Shown here: one piece after another, positions 47,241 through 61,117 of the stretch | Layout of the letters: every line of letters starts with the position of its first letter | How positions within the stretch are numbered: the stretch's first letter is position 1 | NCBI GenBank assembly: GCA_963666055.2 | Contig: CAXWPH010000015.1 | Coordinates: 1,824,001 to 1,888,000 of the forward strand | Reading direction: 5' to 3' | Length of the DNA stretch: 64,000 nucleotides | Source: Acidobacteriota bacterium | Lineage (GTDB): Bacteria > Acidobacteriota > UBA890 > WLXD01 | The notes under the pieces: generated by a model | Databases searched by the model: none | The model's input: the letters and a program-made list of their open reading frames with translations, nothing else | Told to the model about the DNA's origin: nothing | Translations under genes and position numbers: made by a program

Positions 47241-48578
47241 ATGAGAATGACTGCACCGATCGATCATCAAGCCGAGTACTCCCATGACGGCGTCCAGCAC
47301 ACCCTCCGCCTGGTGGTTCCGGCCGAGATAATGCGTCAGCGGCTAGATGCCGCCGCGCAGGGCTTTCGCGAGCATGCGCGGATCGCCGGCTTTCGGCGCG
47401 GCAAGGCTCCGTTGTCAATGGTCGCCCAGCAGTTCGGAGACCAGATCAGACAGCGCGTGCTGGACGACGCCATTCCCGAATTCGTTCGCGCCGAGTTGCA
47501 AGCACGCGATCTGCAGCCGCTCGATTCGCCGGCGCTCGACGAGGTCGAATTTCGTGCCGGCGAGCCGCTGACGTTCACGGTGCGATTCGACACGGCGCCC
47601 GAGGTGATCATCGTCGACACCGATCTGAGTGCTACCCGACCGCGCCTCGAGCTCACCGACGAGATGGTCGACGAGGCTCTGGCGAACCTGCGCGAGCGTG
47701 CAGCCAGCCTCGCACCCGCCAGCGAGGGCGACGGCGTCTCCGCCGGGAACTACGCTCGGTGCGACATCGCGCTGTTCGCCAAGGACGGCAAAGGGCGGAA
47801 ACTCATGGAGGAGAACCGCTACGTCCACGTCGGACACGAGCAGGCGATCCCCGGGCTCAACGCCCAGCTCGAGGGCTTGACTGTCGGCGAGGAGCGAACG
47901 TTCGTAACCGAGCTGGCTGACACCTATCCGAGCTCACTGCTCGCCGGGAAGGAAGTCCGATGTCGCCTAAAGGTGACCGAGATCAAGAGCCGGCAGCTGC
48001 CGACGATCGACGACGACTACGCCAAGGATCTCGGCTTTGACAACCTCGCGGCGCTGCGCGTCAAGGTGGGGGAGGACTTGAAGCAGTCGCTCGAGGCAAA
48101 GGCGCAGCGCCAGGTCGAACAACAGTTGCTCGACCAGCTGCGGATGAAGAACCCGGTAGAGGTGCCGCGATCTCTCATCGAGCGCCGCCTTGACGAGATG
48201 TCGCAGCGGTTCGCCTCCGACCTGGCGCAGCAAGGTGTCGATCCTCGTGAAGCGGTCAACTGGGCCGAGTTTCGGGCCGAGAACCAGGCGCGCGCCAGCG
48301 ATGGAATCGCCGACGACATGTTGCTCGACCGAATTGCCGACGACGAGCAGTTGGTCGTGGATGACGAGTTGGTTACGGCCGAAATTCGCTCCCAAATCGC
48401 CCAGAGCGAGGGGGGAAACAAGCGGCCTCTGGCGGCCGTGGTCCAGCAGATGCGGAAGGAGGGGGCCTTCGAGCGATTGCGTACAACGATGCGCCGACGT
48501 TTGGCTTTGGATCACCTTCAGGGCCGTGCTACGATCACTGACGATGGTGGCGAAAACGCCAGTGTTTCCGGGGCCTAG
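47241..48578 (+). CDS. tig: Trigger factor
   Basis: [10 protein letters not shown] ribosome-binding motif, FKBP-like middle domain, synteny with clpPX. Confidence 0.92.
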   Translation: MRMTAPIDHQAEYSHDGVQHTLRLVVPAEIMRQRLDAAAQGFREHARIAGFRRGKAPLSMVAQQFGDQIRQRVLDDAIPEFVRAELQARDLQPLDSPALDEVEFRAGEPLTFTVRFDTAPEVIIVDTDLSATRPRLELTDEMVDEALANLRERAASLAPASEGDGVSAGNYARCDIALFAKDGKGRKLMEENRYVHVGHEQAIPGLNAQLEGLTVGEERTFVTELADTYPSSLLAGKEVRCRLKVTEIKSRQLPTIDDDYAKDLGFDNLAALRVKVGEDLKQSLEAKAQRQVEQQLLDQLRMKNPVEVPRSLIERRLDEMSQRFASDLAQQGVDPREAVNWAEFRAENQARASDGIADDMLLDRIADDEQLVVDDELVTAEIRSQIAQSEGGNKRPLAAVVQQMRKEGAFERLRTTMRRRLALDHLQGRATITDDGGENASVSGA

Positions 48579-48676
48579 TGAGCCATCGGTACTGGATTGA
48601 CGCCGCTGATTTTTTCGCTCAGCGTGACGATTCGACGCCGCATGCTGCTCGCCGCCAGCCCAGCTCGGAGCCCGCG

Positions 48677-49267
48677 ATGACGCTCGTCCCCATGGTCGTA
48701 GAACAAACAGCTCGGGGTGAGCGTGCCTACGACATCTACTCGCGGCTGCTCAAAGATCACATCATCTTTATCGGTTCTCCGATCGACGACGTGATCGCCA
48801 ACCTGGTGATCGCCCAGTTGCTGTTCCTCGAGGCGGAAGGTCCGGAGCGTGACATATCGCTCTACATCAACAGCCCCGGTGGATCGGTCACCGACGGACT
48901 CGCGGTGCTCGATACCATGCAGTTCATTCGGCCGGACGTGTCGACGATCTGTATAGGTCAGGCGATGAGCATGGGCGCGATTCTGCTCGCTGCCGGCGCT
49001 CCCGGGAAGCGCTTCGCGCTGCCGAACGCACGCATCATGATCCATCAGCCTTCGGGCGGCATGCAGGGGACCGCCGCAGATATTCAGATCCAGGCGCGCG
49101 AGATCGTGCGGCTCCGCGAGCAGCTCAACCACATGCTTTCGAAATGGACCGGTCAGTCTGTAGAGAAGATCGCATCAGACGCTGACCGGGACTTTGTTCT
49201 AACAGCGTCCGAATCTGTCGAGTATGGTTTGATAGACAAGGTCATTGACTCGCGCGAGGCGAGCTAG
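48677..49267 (+). CDS. clpP: ATP-dependent Clp protease proteolytic subunit
   Basis: [31 protein letters not shown]. Confidence 0.96.
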   Translation: MTLVPMVVEQTARGERAYDIYSRLLKDHIIFIGSPIDDVIANLVIAQLLFLEAEGPERDISLYINSPGGSVTDGLAVLDTMQFIRPDVSTICIGQAMSMGAILLAAGAPGKRFALPNARIMIHQPSGGMQGTAADIQIQAREIVRLREQLNHMLSKWTGQSVEKIASDADRDFVLTASESVEYGLIDKVIDSREAS

Positions 49268-49327
49268 CCCGCCTACCCACGTGCGCTCGATGGGGCGGGC
49301 GCACATCCGGTTTCCAGGAAATCGAAC

Positions 49328-50569
49328 ATGAGCCGATCTAGCTCGGGAAACTCATCGCTGCGCTGCTCGTTCTGTAGCAAGAGCCAGAGCGAAGTACGCA
49401 AGCTGATTGCCGGCCCCAACGTGTACATCTGCGATGAATGCATCGAGATCTGCACGGACATCATCGCCGAGGAGCGCGACCTCGAGGAGCGCAGTAAGCT
49501 CGTCGAGCTGCCCAAACCGGCGGAGATCAAAGCATTTCTCGACGAATACGTTGTCGGACAGAGCGCCGCCAAGAAGAAACTCGCCGTCGCGGTCTACAAC
49601 CACTATCGGCGCAACGACCTGCTCGATCGACGGACCAGCGACGATGTCGAGCTCTCGAAGAGCAACATCCTGCTGATGGGACCGACCGGGACCGGCAAGA
49701 CACTGCTCGCGCAGACGCTCGCTCGGGTGCTCCAGGTGCCTTTCACGATCGCCGACGCCACGACCCTCACCGAAGCGGGATACGTCGGCGAAGACGTCGA
49801 GAACATCGTCCTCAAGCTCTTTCAGGCGTCGGGGTACGACAAGGAGAAGACCGAACGGGGCATCATCTACATCGATGAGATCGACAAGATCGCCCGTAAG
49901 GACGAGAACCCCTCGATCACGCGCGATGTCTCGGGCGAGGGTGTACAGCAGGCGTTGCTGAAGATCCTGGAGGGCGTGCAGGCGAACGTACCGCCGCAGG
50001 GTGGGCGCAAGCACCCACACCAGGAGTTCTTCCCGATCGACACCACCAACGTACTGTTCATCGTCGGCGGCGCATTCGTCGGCCTCGATCGCATCATCTC
50101 GCGGCGCCTCGGGCAGCAGGGACTGGGCTTCACCGCCGACGTGCAGCAGTACGTGGCGACAGAAGAGAACCTCTTCGCCCAGGTGCAGCCAGCCGATCTG
50201 ATTCGCTACGGGTTAATTCCCGAGTTCGTCGGCCGCCTGCCGGTGGTAGGCCACCTGAACCCGCTGAACTGCGAAGATCTCGTAACCATTCTGACGGAGC
50301 CGAAGAATGCGCTCCTGAAGCAATACCAGAAGCTCTTCGATTGTGAGGGTGTGAACCTGACGTTCACCGACGATTCGTTGGTGGCGATCGCCGAAGCGGC
50401 GATCGACCGCGGTATCGGCGCGCGCGGCCTGCGAGCCATCATGGAAGATTTCATGCTCGAGATCATGTACAAGCTGCCGAGCGAGATCGGGGTCGAGGAG
50501 TGCGTGATCTCACGCGAGGTCGTGGAGAACAAGATCGACCCGCTAGCGGTGATAAAGAAGGCCGGCTGA
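49328..50569 (+). CDS. clpX: ATP-dependent Clp protease ATP-binding subunit
   Basis: CSFC..CDEC zinc finger, [24 protein letters not shown]. Confidence 0.97.
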   Translation: MSRSSSGNSSLRCSFCSKSQSEVRKLIAGPNVYICDECIEICTDIIAEERDLEERSKLVELPKPAEIKAFLDEYVVGQSAAKKKLAVAVYNHYRRNDLLDRRTSDDVELSKSNILLMGPTGTGKTLLAQTLARVLQVPFTIADATTLTEAGYVGEDVENIVLKLFQASGYDKEKTERGIIYIDEIDKIARKDENPSITRDVSGEGVQQALLKILEGVQANVPPQGGRKHPHQEFFPIDTTNVLFIVGGAFVGLDRIISRRLGQQGLGFTADVQQYVATEENLFAQVQPADLIRYGLIPEFVGRLPVVGHLNPLNCEDLVTILTEPKNALLKQYQKLFDCEGVNLTFTDDSLVAIAEAAIDRGIGARGLRAIMEDFMLEIMYKLPSEIGVEECVISREVVENKIDPLAVIKKAG

Positions 50570-50853
50570 GGTTCTTTTCGCCCGCGCTCCAGCTGGCACA
50601 CTGCCCGTGACGCCGGCGTCCCGCAGCGCGATGCACGTTCGGTTTGGTGGCCGCTGACGCCGGCCAGACCCACTTGCGATTTGCGGCCGTCTCTCGCCAC
50701 CGTGTAACCTCTACCCTGTAGGGGGAAGCAGCGCAGCCACTCGCTGCGGCGGCGCCAATCGGAACTTTCTACCGCGGCTCGGCCCTCGGCCACGGTTTCA
50801 CCGGCGCATGAGCTCGACATCTGGTCGAGCACCACCAGAACCTCCCACGTCCT

Positions 50854-53598
50854 ATGGCAAAACAACCGACCGGCGAATATCAGACCTTGCCCCTCTTGCC
50901 GCTGAGGGATGTCGTCATCTTTCCCGGAATGATGATGCCGTTTGTCGTCGGCCGCTCGCGCTCTGTGAAGGCGCTCGAGCGCGCCATGGAAACCGGCAAG
51001 CGGCTGTTTCTATCGGCGCAGAAGGACGCCGAGGCGGAGGATCCCGGCACCGGCGACATCTACAGCCTCGGCACGGTCTCGACCATCGTACAGAGCCTCA
51101 AGCGACCTGACGGCACGGTAAAGGTTCTGGTCGAAGGGGTACGGAGGGCGCGCGTGATCGAGCCCACCGACGAGACCAGCTTCCTCGAGGTTGTGGTCAA
51201 GCCGATCGAGGACACCGACGACGACGAGCTGCTATCGCGCAAGACACGACGTCTGGTCCGGCTGTTCGAGAAGTACGTGAAGTTGTCGTCCAATCTGCCG
51301 AACGAAGCGGTGCTGGCGGCGGTAAAGAAAGACCACCCCGGCCGTCTCGCCGATACCATCGCCGCCCACCTGCCGCTCGACGTACCGGCCAAGCAAGAGA
51401 TTCTCGAGATCGTCGACGTCGAGGCGCGCCTGGACAGGCTTACCCAGTACATCAGCACCGAGATGGAAAAGGTAAAGATGGACCGGGAGATTCAAGGTCG
51501 CGTCAAGAAGCAAATGGAGCAGGCGCAGCGCGAGTACTACCTCAACGAGAAGATCAAGGCGATCCAGAAGGAGCTCGGCCGCGGCGACCGCGAGTCTGAT
51601 CTCGATCAGCTCCGCCGACGCATCATCGAGGCTCGCCTGCCTGCCGAGGTCGGCGAAAAGGTGGACCAAGAGCTCGATCGTCTCGAGGCCATGCCGCCCA
51701 TGTCGGCCGAAGCAACGGTTTCACGCAACTACGTCGATTGGTTGGTCTCGGTGCCGTGGTTCCGGCGCAATCTGGAGAACCGTGACCTGGAGCGCGCCGC
51801 CCAGGTGCTGGAACAAGATCACTACGGCCTTGACGACATCAAGGAGCGCATCCTCGAGTTCCTCGCCGTTCGCCAACTGGTCGACAACCCGCGCGGCTCG
51901 ATCCTTTGCTTCGTCGGACCGCCGGGCACCGGCAAGTCGTCGCTCGCCAAGTCGATTGCCCGGGCCACGGCGCGAGACTTCGTGCGTCAGTCGCTCGGGG
52001 GTGTTCGCGACGAGGCCGAGATACGCGGCCATCGGCGCACCTATATCGGCGCGTTTCCAGGGCAGATCATGCAGCGTATGAAGCAGGCGGGAGTGCTCAA
52101 CCCGGTGTTTCTGCTCGACGAGATCGACAAGATGAGCATGGATTTCCGTGGCGACCCGTCGGCGGCATTGATGGAGGTGCTGGACCCGGAGCAGAACCAC
52201 ACGTTCGTCGACCACTATCTCGACGCGGAGTACGACCTGTCGGGAGTGATGTTCATCTGCACGGCCAACGTTCTGCACACTGTACCCGCGCCACTGCAGG
52301 ACCGCATGGAGGTCATCCACCTGTCCGGCTATACGCAGCAGGAGAAGCTGCAAATAGCCCGGCGACACCTGCTTGACAAGCAAATCGCGTTTCATGGCTT
52401 GCTGCCGGGTCAACTCGAGCTAACCGACGCGGCGCTCGACAAGATCATCGACGAGTACACGCGTGAGGCGGGAGTCCGACGCCTCGAGCGAGAGCTCGCC
52501 AAAGTGTGCCGCAAGGGCGCGCATGACCTGGTGAAACAACACCATAAGGAGATCGCGCTAGCCGCCGAGGAAGACGTCCGGCGCCTGTTGGAGGTGAAGC
52601 AGCCAGCGATAGAGGACGCCACAGAGGAGCCGATCATCGCACCATCGGGCGAAGATGATGCCGACGAGCCGATCACCGCTATCGGCGACGCCGAGGGCTC
52701 GGCGGATGGCGCCGACGCGGACTCGGAGACCGCCAGAGCGGAAGCCGATAGCTCTTCCGACACCCCGCAACCGGACGATTTACCCGAGCTCACGGCCGAC
52801 GACATCTTCGTCGAAGCCCGCGACCCGCGCGCCCAAGCGCTGCCGATTCGTAGCCGAATGGCAGAGGCGATCCCCGAGGACGCCACAATCCTCGTCGACG
52901 AGGAACGCCTCGAGGAATATCTCGGCGTACCGCGCTACAAGCGCAAGCGACGCGAAGAGCGAGCCGCTATCGGACTCGCCTTCGGGCTCGCGTGGACAGA
53001 GCACGGCGGCGAGAAGCTCGACATCGAAGTCTCGCTCATGCCTGGTAAGGGAAAGCTGGCGCTCACCGGCCAACTCGGCGACGTAATGCAGGAGTCCGGC
53101 CAGACGGCGCTGTCCTATATTCGCTCGCGCACCGGACGTCTGGGCGTGGCACGCGACTTCTATGCGAAGCTTGACGTCCACGTTCACGTGCCTGAGGGAG
53201 CCATTCCCAAGGATGGCCCTTCGGCCGGCATCACGCTGGCGACGGCGATGGTTTCAGCGCTTACCGGGATACCGATCCGGCACGACCTTGCCATGACCGG
53301 CGAGATCACCTTGCGTGGCAACGTGCTGCCGATCGGCGGTGTGAAGGAAAAGGTGCTCGGCGCGCATCGCGTCAACATCACCACGGTGCTGCTGCCGGCG
53401 GAAAACGAGAAAGACCTCAAAGACGTGCCGGATGAGATTCGCGAGCAGCTCACGATCCACCTCGTTTCGACGATGGACGAAGTCTTGAAGCACGCGCTGG
53501 TCTCACCGCTAACACCGCTGCCTGACGAGAAGCAGGATGGCGGCCTAGCCGCAGATCCGCACCCGAGCGATGCTCTGGAGCCGCCGCTGACCCACTAG
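50854..53598 (+). CDS. lon: Lon protease (with acidic insertion)
   Basis: [34 protein letters not shown]. Confidence 0.96.
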   Translation: MAKQPTGEYQTLPLLPLRDVVIFPGMMMPFVVGRSRSVKALERAMETGKRLFLSAQKDAEAEDPGTGDIYSLGTVSTIVQSLKRPDGTVKVLVEGVRRARVIEPTDETSFLEVVVKPIEDTDDDELLSRKTRRLVRLFEKYVKLSSNLPNEAVLAAVKKDHPGRLADTIAAHLPLDVPAKQEILEIVDVEARLDRLTQYISTEMEKVKMDREIQGRVKKQMEQAQREYYLNEKIKAIQKELGRGDRESDLDQLRRRIIEARLPAEVGEKVDQELDRLEAMPPMSAEATVSRNYVDWLVSVPWFRRNLENRDLERAAQVLEQDHYGLDDIKERILEFLAVRQLVDNPRGSILCFVGPPGTGKSSLAKSIARATARDFVRQSLGGVRDEAEIRGHRRTYIGAFPGQIMQRMKQAGVLNPVFLLDEIDKMSMDFRGDPSAALMEVLDPEQNHTFVDHYLDAEYDLSGVMFICTANVLHTVPAPLQDRMEVIHLSGYTQQEKLQIARRHLLDKQIAFHGLLPGQLELTDAALDKIIDEYTREAGVRRLERELAKVCRKGAHDLVKQHHKEIALAAEEDVRRLLEVKQPAIEDATEEPIIAPSGEDDADEPITAIGDAEGSADGADADSETARAEADSSSDTPQPDDLPELTADDIFVEARDPRAQALPIRSRMAEAIPEDATILVDEERLEEYLGVPRYKRKRREERAAIGLAFGLAWTEHGGEKLDIEVSLMPGKGKLALTGQLGDVMQESGQTALSYIRSRTGRLGVARDFYAKLDVHVHVPEGAIPKDGPSAGITLATAMVSALTGIPIRHDLAMTGEITLRGNVLPIGGVKEKVLGAHRVNITTVLLPAENEKDLKDVPDEIREQLTIHLVSTMDEVLKHALVSPLTPLPDEKQDGGLAADPHPSDALEPPLTH

Positions 53599-53703
53599 TG
53601 GCCTGTAACAGGCCACTACCAGGCCGTGGTGGTAGCGGACGCACTCAGCCCGGTCTGGTTACGGAGCTTGCCGCGTTGGGCGGCGGCGTGAGGAAACCAC
53701 GTC

Positions 53704-54309
53704 GTGAAGATCCAGGATGTACGGGCGGAGTTCACGACATCGCGCCCAGGCCACTATCCGCCCGATTTGCTGCCGGAGATCGCGTTTCTTGGTCGATCCA
53801 ACGTCGGCAAGTCGAGCCTTATTAACTCGCTGCTCAATCGGAAGCGACTGGCTCGCACGAGCAAGGCACCCGGCCGCACGCGCGCCATCCATTGGTATCG
53901 CGTCGAGGGCGGCGGGCTGCGGTGTCGCTTCGTCGATCTGCCGGGGTACGGCTACGCGCGAGTGCCGCGGCACGTGCGCGAGCACGAGTGGGCAGCACTG
54001 ATCGAAACCTACCTGCGGTCGAAGCAGCCAATGGCGGTGGCGATACAGCTGCTCGACATCCGGCGCGAAGGCCCAACGACACTCGATGAGCGGATGATCG
54101 AGTGGTTGCGGGCCAACGAGCGGCCCACCACCTACGTGCTCACCAAGGCCGACAAGCTGTCGCGCTCGCGCCGCGCTCGCGCCGCCCAGCTCTTCGCCCG
54201 CAAGCTCCAACTACCCGATGGAGTACGGCCCATTCCTTATTCGGCGGTAACCGGCGAGGGGCGCACCGAGCTATGGTCGGTGCTGGACACGCACATCGCA
54301 AAGAGCTGA
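53704..54309 (+). CDS. engB: Ribosome biogenesis GTP-binding protein YihA/YsxC
   Basis: [26 protein letters not shown]. Confidence 0.93.
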   Translation: MKIQDVRAEFTTSRPGHYPPDLLPEIAFLGRSNVGKSSLINSLLNRKRLARTSKAPGRTRAIHWYRVEGGGLRCRFVDLPGYGYARVPRHVREHEWAALIETYLRSKQPMAVAIQLLDIRREGPTTLDERMIEWLRANERPTTYVLTKADKLSRSRRARAAQLFARKLQLPDGVRPIPYSAVTGEGRTELWSVLDTHIAKS

Positions 54310-54472
54310 CCGCCGACGGTGGCCCTTTCGCAGGGGCTTGCGGCGCATCGCCGGGCCGATGAGGTTGGCTGTTGAATGGTATTCTTGCCGGTCTGCGCAA
54401 TTTCATGCGAAACTCGCCTCCAATCGCTCGCCGACGGCACTGCTGTGGACAGTGAGAACAGGACAACCTCCG

Positions 54473-54985
54473 ATGAAAGAAGGACTCCACCCGGAGTACC
54501 ATCCGGTCATTTTCGTCGACAGCGCCGCTGATTTCGAGCTGGTTACGCGGTCGACCAAGACGAGCAGCGAAACGCGCCAGATCGACGGCGTCGATCACTA
54601 TGTGCTCCGTGTCGAGATCTCCTCGGCGTCGCACCCTTTCTTCACCGGCGAACAACGCTTCATCGACACGGCCGGCCGCGTAGAGAAGTTCCAGCGTAAG
54701 TACAAGCAGTTCTACCAGGCGCAGGACGACGCTAGGGAGGCGGTGGTCAAGAAAGCGGAAGTAGTCGCGTCCACGGCCGTGCCAGCCAGCGACGACGACG
54801 TGCCTGAAGGTGCCGCCGAAGCGACACCGGAGGCTGACTCGGTCGCCGAGGCGGATGCTGCCGCCCAGGAAACCGGCGCCGCCGATGCGGAGCCCAGCAA
54901 GGCCGACGCCATCTCGGAGGAGGGCGACGCCGATGCCGGTGCCGACGACACGGAAGTCGCCGACGATCCCGAAGCCGAGAGCTAA
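54473..54985 (+). CDS. rpmE2: 50S ribosomal protein L31 type B with acidic C-terminal extension
   Basis: [30 protein letters not shown]; no CxxC. Confidence 0.9.
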   Translation: MKEGLHPEYHPVIFVDSAADFELVTRSTKTSSETRQIDGVDHYVLRVEISSASHPFFTGEQRFIDTAGRVEKFQRKYKQFYQAQDDAREAVVKKAEVVASTAVPASDDDVPEGAAEATPEADSVAEADAAAQETGAADAEPSKADAISEEGDADAGADDTEVADDPEAES

Positions 54986-55030
54986 GGAGCGACGCGCTAG
55001 GACCATGTCCATGGTCTGCGCGTTCCGACC

Positions 55031-56119
55031 GTGCAAGAACAGGTCCTGACGCGGCTTCAGGAGCTGGAGAAACGCTTCGAGGCACTCAACGAAGAAATCG
55101 TGCGCCCGGAGGTTATCCAGGATACGGCGCGTTACACCGAGCTCATCAAGCAACATGCCGAGCTCGATCAGATCGTCATTGCCTTCCGTCAGTTGCAGCA
55201 CCTCTCGAGAGGTATTCGCGACAGCGAGGAGTTGCTCGACGAGGCCGACCCCGAGATGCGCGAGCTCGCCGAGGAAGAGATCGTCCGGCTCGGCAGCGAG
55301 CGCGACGAGCTCGAGCAGGCTCTCTACCGCATGCTCCTTCCGAAGGACCCCAACGACGCCAAGAACGTCGTGCTCGAGGTCCGTGCCGGTACCGGCGGAG
55401 AGGAGGCGGCGCTGTTCGCCGCAGAGATCTTCCGCATGTACGCCCGCTATGCCGAGGCCAAGCGCTGGAAAGTGGACGTGATGAGCGAGAGCAGCACCGG
55501 CACGGGCGGGCTGAAGGAAGTGATCGCGGTCATCGAGGGGCACGGCGCCTACAGTCGCTTGAAGTACGAGAGCGGCGTTCATCGCGTGCAACGCGTGCCC
55601 GCGACTGAGTCATCGGGTCGCATCCACACATCGGCTGTCACAGTGGCGGTCATGCCCGAGGCGAAAGAAGTAGAGGTGCGGATCGAGGACAAAGATCTGC
55701 GCATCGACCGCTTCTGCTCGTCGGGCCCTGGCGGTCAGAGCGTCAACACGACCTACTCGGCAATCCGGGTGACGCATTTGCCCAGCGGCCTGGTGGTCTC
55801 GTGCCAAGACGAGAAGTCGCAGCACAAGAACCTGGCCAAGGCAATGCGTGTGCTGCGGTCACGTCTCTATGACAAGAAGATGCAGGAACAGCAGGACGAG
55901 CGCGCTGCCGAGCGTCGTGGCATGGTGGGGAGCGGCGACCGGAGCGAGAAGATTCGCACGTATAACTTCCCGCAGAACCGAGTCACGGATCATCGGGCAC
56001 ACCTCACCGTGCACAGGCTTGCCGAGATACTCGGTGGCGACCTGGAGGCGGTGCTCGACGCTGTGATTACCGCCTTCGAGGCAAAGCGTCTGAAGGCCGA
56101 GTTCCAAGCAGCTGGCTAG
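55031..56119 (+). CDS. prfA: Peptide chain release factor 1
   Basis: [11 protein letters not shown] anticodon motif, RTYNFPQNR. Confidence 0.96.
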   Translation: MQEQVLTRLQELEKRFEALNEEIVRPEVIQDTARYTELIKQHAELDQIVIAFRQLQHLSRGIRDSEELLDEADPEMRELAEEEIVRLGSERDELEQALYRMLLPKDPNDAKNVVLEVRAGTGGEEAALFAAEIFRMYARYAEAKRWKVDVMSESSTGTGGLKEVIAVIEGHGAYSRLKYESGVHRVQRVPATESSGRIHTSAVTVAVMPEAKEVEVRIEDKDLRIDRFCSSGPGGQSVNTTYSAIRVTHLPSGLVVSCQDEKSQHKNLAKAMRVLRSRLYDKKMQEQQDERAAERRGMVGSGDRSEKIRTYNFPQNRVTDHRAHLTVHRLAEILGGDLEAVLDAVITAFEAKRLKAEFQAAG

Positions 56120-56146
56120 CATGTTCGGCATCGGCTCGGGGCCGGG

Positions 56147-57019
56147 GTGACCGGCTTGTCCGGGCGTCGAACCGTCGATGCCACCTTGCGCGACGCTGCA
56201 AGACGGCTCGAGGCGGCCGGCGTGGACGCGCCGAGAATCCAGGCCACCGCCCTGTTGGGGCACGCGCTGCAAATCGACCGCGCCGCGTTACTGGCGAGCC
56301 TGTCGGACGTGGTCGATGCTGAAACAGCCAGCGCCTTCGACGCGCTGATCGAGCTTCGCTGCGCTCATTATCCTCTTCAATACCTGATAGGCCGTGCCAG
56401 CTTTCTCGATTTCGAGGTTCGGGTCGGGCCCGGCGTCTTCATCCCGCGTCCAGAGACCGAGCAACTCGCCGAGAAGGCGCTGCGACTCTGGACCCCGGCG
56501 CACCCGTGGGCGGTTGATGTCGGAACGGGCAGTGGCGTGATCGCGATCGCGCTGGCGCGTGCGTATCGGCGGTGCCGCGTGTTGGCGCTCGATCTCTCGT
56601 CGACGGCGCTGGCCTTCGCCGCCGCCAGTGCTAGCGACAACGGCGTTGAGCACCAGATCACGTTCGTCCGCTCGGATCTGCTCTCGGCAATTCGATTGCG
56701 CCCGTCCTGCGTCGACATCGGATTGCTGGTTAGCAACCCACCCTACGTGCGACTTGGCGACGTCGTGCAGCCAGAGGTGCGCGATCACGAGCCCGTGGAC
56801 GCCTGGGCGGCGGGACCACTGGGAACCGAGATCTACGCACGGCTGATTTCCCAAGCAGCGGAGCGACTGAACTCGGGTCGTCCCATGCTGCTCGAGCTCG
56901 GCTACGGCCAAGCGGAGGCAGTAGCGGAGCTCCTGCAACGCGATGGTCGTTGGCTGGACTCCCGGGTGGATTCCGATTTCCAGAACATCCCGCGTATCCT
57001 GACCGTGCGACGGCACTGA
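56147..57019 (+). CDS. prmC: Release factor glutamine methyltransferase
   Basis: [20 protein letters not shown]. Confidence 0.93.
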   Translation: MTGLSGRRTVDATLRDAARRLEAAGVDAPRIQATALLGHALQIDRAALLASLSDVVDAETASAFDALIELRCAHYPLQYLIGRASFLDFEVRVGPGVFIPRPETEQLAEKALRLWTPAHPWAVDVGTGSGVIAIALARAYRRCRVLALDLSSTALAFAAASASDNGVEHQITFVRSDLLSAIRLRPSCVDIGLLVSNPPYVRLGDVVQPEVRDHEPVDAWAAGPLGTEIYARLISQAAERLNSGRPMLLELGYGQAEAVAELLQRDGRWLDSRVDSDFQNIPRILTVRRH

Positions 57020-57092
57020 TTCCGGGCTCTCGGCTGCCGGCGACGCCGAACCTCGCTACTTGTCGATTGGCCCAGAACACTACAATCGCCAC

Positions 57093-58346
<1,254 letters not shown>

Positions 58347-58357
58347 CCGGAGGACTG

Positions 58358-58705
58358 ATGCCCGATGACTGCCCGTTTTGCCAGATAGTAGCCGGCGAGG
58401 TCCCGGCCACGATCGTTCTGGAGAACAAGCTCGCCGTTGCCTTCGAGGACGTCAACCCGCAGGCGCCGATGCACGTCTTGATCGTGCCGCGTAAGCACAT
58501 TCCGACGCTCAACGATCTCCAGGCCGAAGACCAAGCTGTGGTCGCCGGGTTGCTGATAATGGCGCGCGACATCGCCCACCAGCGCGGCCTTGCAGCTGCC
58601 GGCTATCGCACGGTCTTCAATTGCAACGCCGACGCAGGGCAGACAGTATTTCACCTTCATCTGCACGTGCTCGGCGGTCGCAAGCTATCCTGGCCCCCCG
58701 GCTAA
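58358..58705 (+). CDS. hinT: Histidine triad (HIT) nucleotide-binding protein
   Basis: CPFC, QTVFHLHLHVLGGR..WPPG. Confidence 0.9.
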   Translation: MPDDCPFCQIVAGEVPATIVLENKLAVAFEDVNPQAPMHVLIVPRKHIPTLNDLQAEDQAVVAGLLIMARDIAHQRGLAAAGYRTVFNCNADAGQTVFHLHLHVLGGRKLSWPPG

Positions 58706-58747
58706 CCCTACGGTGTCCGGGGCATCCAACGCAGCAAAGAGGAGTCG

Positions 58748-59488
58748 ATGATCCGAGACGAGGAACGCAACGGCGTCCGCTTGCTACGCATGGAGCTCGG
58801 GAGCGGCAATGCGCTTGGGCCCCGCGTTGTCGAGGCGATCAGCGCTGCGTTGGATGCCGAGCAACGTCCGACCGTGCTCACGGGCGAGGGCGGCATCTTC
58901 TCGGCTGGCCTCAACCTGATTGAGCTGGCGGCGTTCTCGCGCGACGAGATGGCGGACTTCGTCGAGGAGTTCTCCATACTCCTGACTCGTGCGCTGACCA
59001 CACGGTACCCGCTCGTCGCCGCGGTCAACGGCCATGCCGTAGCCGGCGGCTGTGTGCTCGCCATGGCGTGCGATCGTCGCATCGGAACACGGGGCGACTT
59101 CAAGATCGGAATGAACGAGATGGCCATCGGACTCACCCTCCCAGCGGTTGTCACCGAGATTCTGCGCGACAAGCTAGCCTCCGAGCAGGCGCGAACCGTG
59201 ATCCTGGGCGGGGCTCTCTACGACCCGGAAGAAGCACAGCGAGCTGGCCTGCTCGACGCTGTCGCTGACAGCGCCGACGAGGCCATCGATCGAGCCTGTG
59301 AGGTAGCCTGCGACCTCGGCAAGTCGCCGGCTGAGTTCGCCGCCATGAAAGGCAGTCTCACGGCTCCGATCATGGAGCGTTTTCAGCAAACCCGCACAGC
59401 GCTCGACCGGCGTTTCATCGACTCATGGTTTGCTCCACCGGCCACGAAGCTACGCGAAAAGATGCTCGAGCGGTTGCAGACACCTTAG
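58748..59488 (+). CDS. Enoyl-CoA hydratase/isomerase family protein
   Basis: FSAGLNL, VNGHAVAGGC, GMNEMAIG. Confidence 0.88.
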   Translation: MIRDEERNGVRLLRMELGSGNALGPRVVEAISAALDAEQRPTVLTGEGGIFSAGLNLIELAAFSRDEMADFVEEFSILLTRALTTRYPLVAAVNGHAVAGGCVLAMACDRRIGTRGDFKIGMNEMAIGLTLPAVVTEILRDKLASEQARTVILGGALYDPEEAQRAGLLDAVADSADEAIDRACEVACDLGKSPAEFAAMKGSLTAPIMERFQQTRTALDRRFIDSWFAPPATKLREKMLERLQTP

Positions 59489-59519
59489 GCATCGGCGGCG
59501 AGACGGGTTGCCGGCGAGC

Positions 59520-60197
59520 TCATTCTGCTGCCGACGAGACCGGCGTCACAGCAGCGGCGCAGACCCACACCCGACGCGCTCCCGCGGCACGCAAGCAACG
59601 CACCGCGGCGCGCATCGTCGCCCCGGTCGTAATAACGTCGTCCACGAGCACGACGTGCGGCGGACAGCCGCGCTGCCGATAGCGGCGAGCAACGCCGAAG
59701 GCGTTACGCATGTTGTGCTCACGGGCTACCGCGCCGCGGCCAACCTGCGGCGCCGTCGGACGAGTGCGGCGTAGTAGCCTACGCAGCCGCGCCCTCGGCC
59801 ACGCGTGTGCGAGGCCCCCAGCGATGGCCTGCGCCTGGTTGTGCCCACGAGCCCACTGACGCCGCCAGTGCAACGGCATTGGAACCACGGTGACGGGGCC
59901 GGCAGGAAACGACTCGAGCAAGGGGATCATGGCGCGCCCGAAGTATCGCCCGATGGGGACATACCCGTGGAACTTCAAGGCCCGAACGAGTGACCGGGAC
60001 GGCCCTGCGTACACCAGCAGCCCGCGGCCCGGGTGCCCGCCGCCGAGATCGAGATGCTGATAACAAGGACGCAAAGCCGCTGCGCAACGCGCGCACAGAA
60101 AAGGCGCCCACGGGTTCCGCGAGGACGGCGCGTTGCAATGGTGGCAACGTGGCGGCAGAAGGCCGTCGACGAGCGCTCCAAATACCCCACCCAACAT
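59520..60197 (-). CDS. comF: ComF family protein
   Basis: CxxC..CxxC, PLHWRRQWARGHNQ, VLVDDVITTGAT. Confidence 0.88.
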   Translation of the reverse strand: MLGGVFGALVDGLLPPRCHHCNAPSSRNPWAPFLCARCAAALRPCYQHLDLGGGHPGRGLLVYAGPSRSLVRALKFHGYVPIGRYFGRAMIPLLESFPAGPVTVVPMPLHWRRQWARGHNQAQAIAGGLAHAWPRARLRRLLRRTRPTAPQVGRGAVAREHNMRNAFGVARRYRQRGCPPHVVLVDDVITTGATMRAAVRCLRAAGARRVWVCAAAVTPVSSAAE

Positions 60198-60263
60198 AGT
60201 CGGGTGAGACGGTCACCAGGATGAGGAATCACAGGAAGGGTGGATCGAGCTCGACTGCGCTGC

Positions 60264-60620
60264 TCAGCGGGTCAATGCTTCTTTGCGCTCCTGGCATTCG
60301 ATACAGAAGGCGGCCCAGGGAATTGCCTTCAGGCGGGTCTCGGTAATTTTCTCGCCGCACTCCTCGCAATCGCCGTAGTCGCCGTTATCTATGCGCTCCA
60401 AGGCAGCGTCGATCAGCAACAGCCGGGCGCGATCATTCTCCGAGAGACTGTAGTTGAACTCCTGGGCGTACAGCTCGGTGGCGGTATCGGCGAGGTCCAA
60501 CGGGCCGTCCTCGCTGCTACTGCGACGCTGCGTCTCCGTTGATCGCTTGAACGCGGTGGCCAGCTCACGCCGACGCTCGTCGAGCCGGGCACGAAGCCTC
60601 TTCTTCAGAACAGCTCTCAT
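60264..60620 (-). CDS. dksA: TraR/DksA family zinc-finger transcription factor
   Basis: DLAD coiled-coil tip, ALERIDNGDYGDCEECG..RLKAIPW..CIECQ. Confidence 0.85.
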   Translation of the reverse strand: MRAVLKKRLRARLDERRRELATAFKRSTETQRRSSSEDGPLDLADTATELYAQEFNYSLSENDRARLLLIDAALERIDNGDYGDCEECGEKITETRLKAIPWAAFCIECQERKEALTR

Positions 60621-60637
60621 GACTGCCTAACTGCCTT

Positions 60638-61117
60638 CTAGCGGTCGTAAGGATGGCCGTGAATAATCGTCATGGCGCGATAGACTTGCTCCGCCAACAA
60701 GAGCCGGGCCATGTCGTGCGGGACAGTCATCTGCGACAGGCTCACCATCCGGTCTGCCTGTTCGCGGACCGTAGAGAATAGTCCATCGGGCCCACCGACG
60801 ACAAACACCACCGATCGCGTGTCTTCGAAGCACTGGCGGCGGATCAATTCGGCGAACTGGCGCGATGTCATCGGCTTTCCGCCAGCGTCCAGAGCGGCCA
60901 CCCAGGCAGGCTCGAGCTGCCGGATGTGCGACAAGACACCACGGCCTTCGCGCTCCAACCGGTGTGGTTTGGAGTAGCGGCCATCGTGACGCTCTTCGGG
61001 GACGGTAACAACCCGACAGTCACGATAGCGTTTGATGCGGCCAACGTAGTCAGCGACGCCCTCGACAGCATAGGCGGCCTTGGTCTTGCCGACCCAACAG
61101 AACGAGAGGGCGCTCAC
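60638..61117 (-). CDS. rlmH: 23S rRNA (pseudouridine1915-N3)-methyltransferase
   Basis: FVVGGPDG, SLSQMTVPHDMARLLLAEQVYRA, HPY. Confidence 0.92.
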   Translation of the reverse strand: MSALSFCWVGKTKAAYAVEGVADYVGRIKRYRDCRVVTVPEERHDGRYSKPHRLEREGRGVLSHIRQLEPAWVAALDAGGKPMTSRQFAELIRRQCFEDTRSVVFVVGGPDGLFSTVREQADRMVSLSQMTVPHDMARLLLAEQVYRAMTIIHGHPYDR

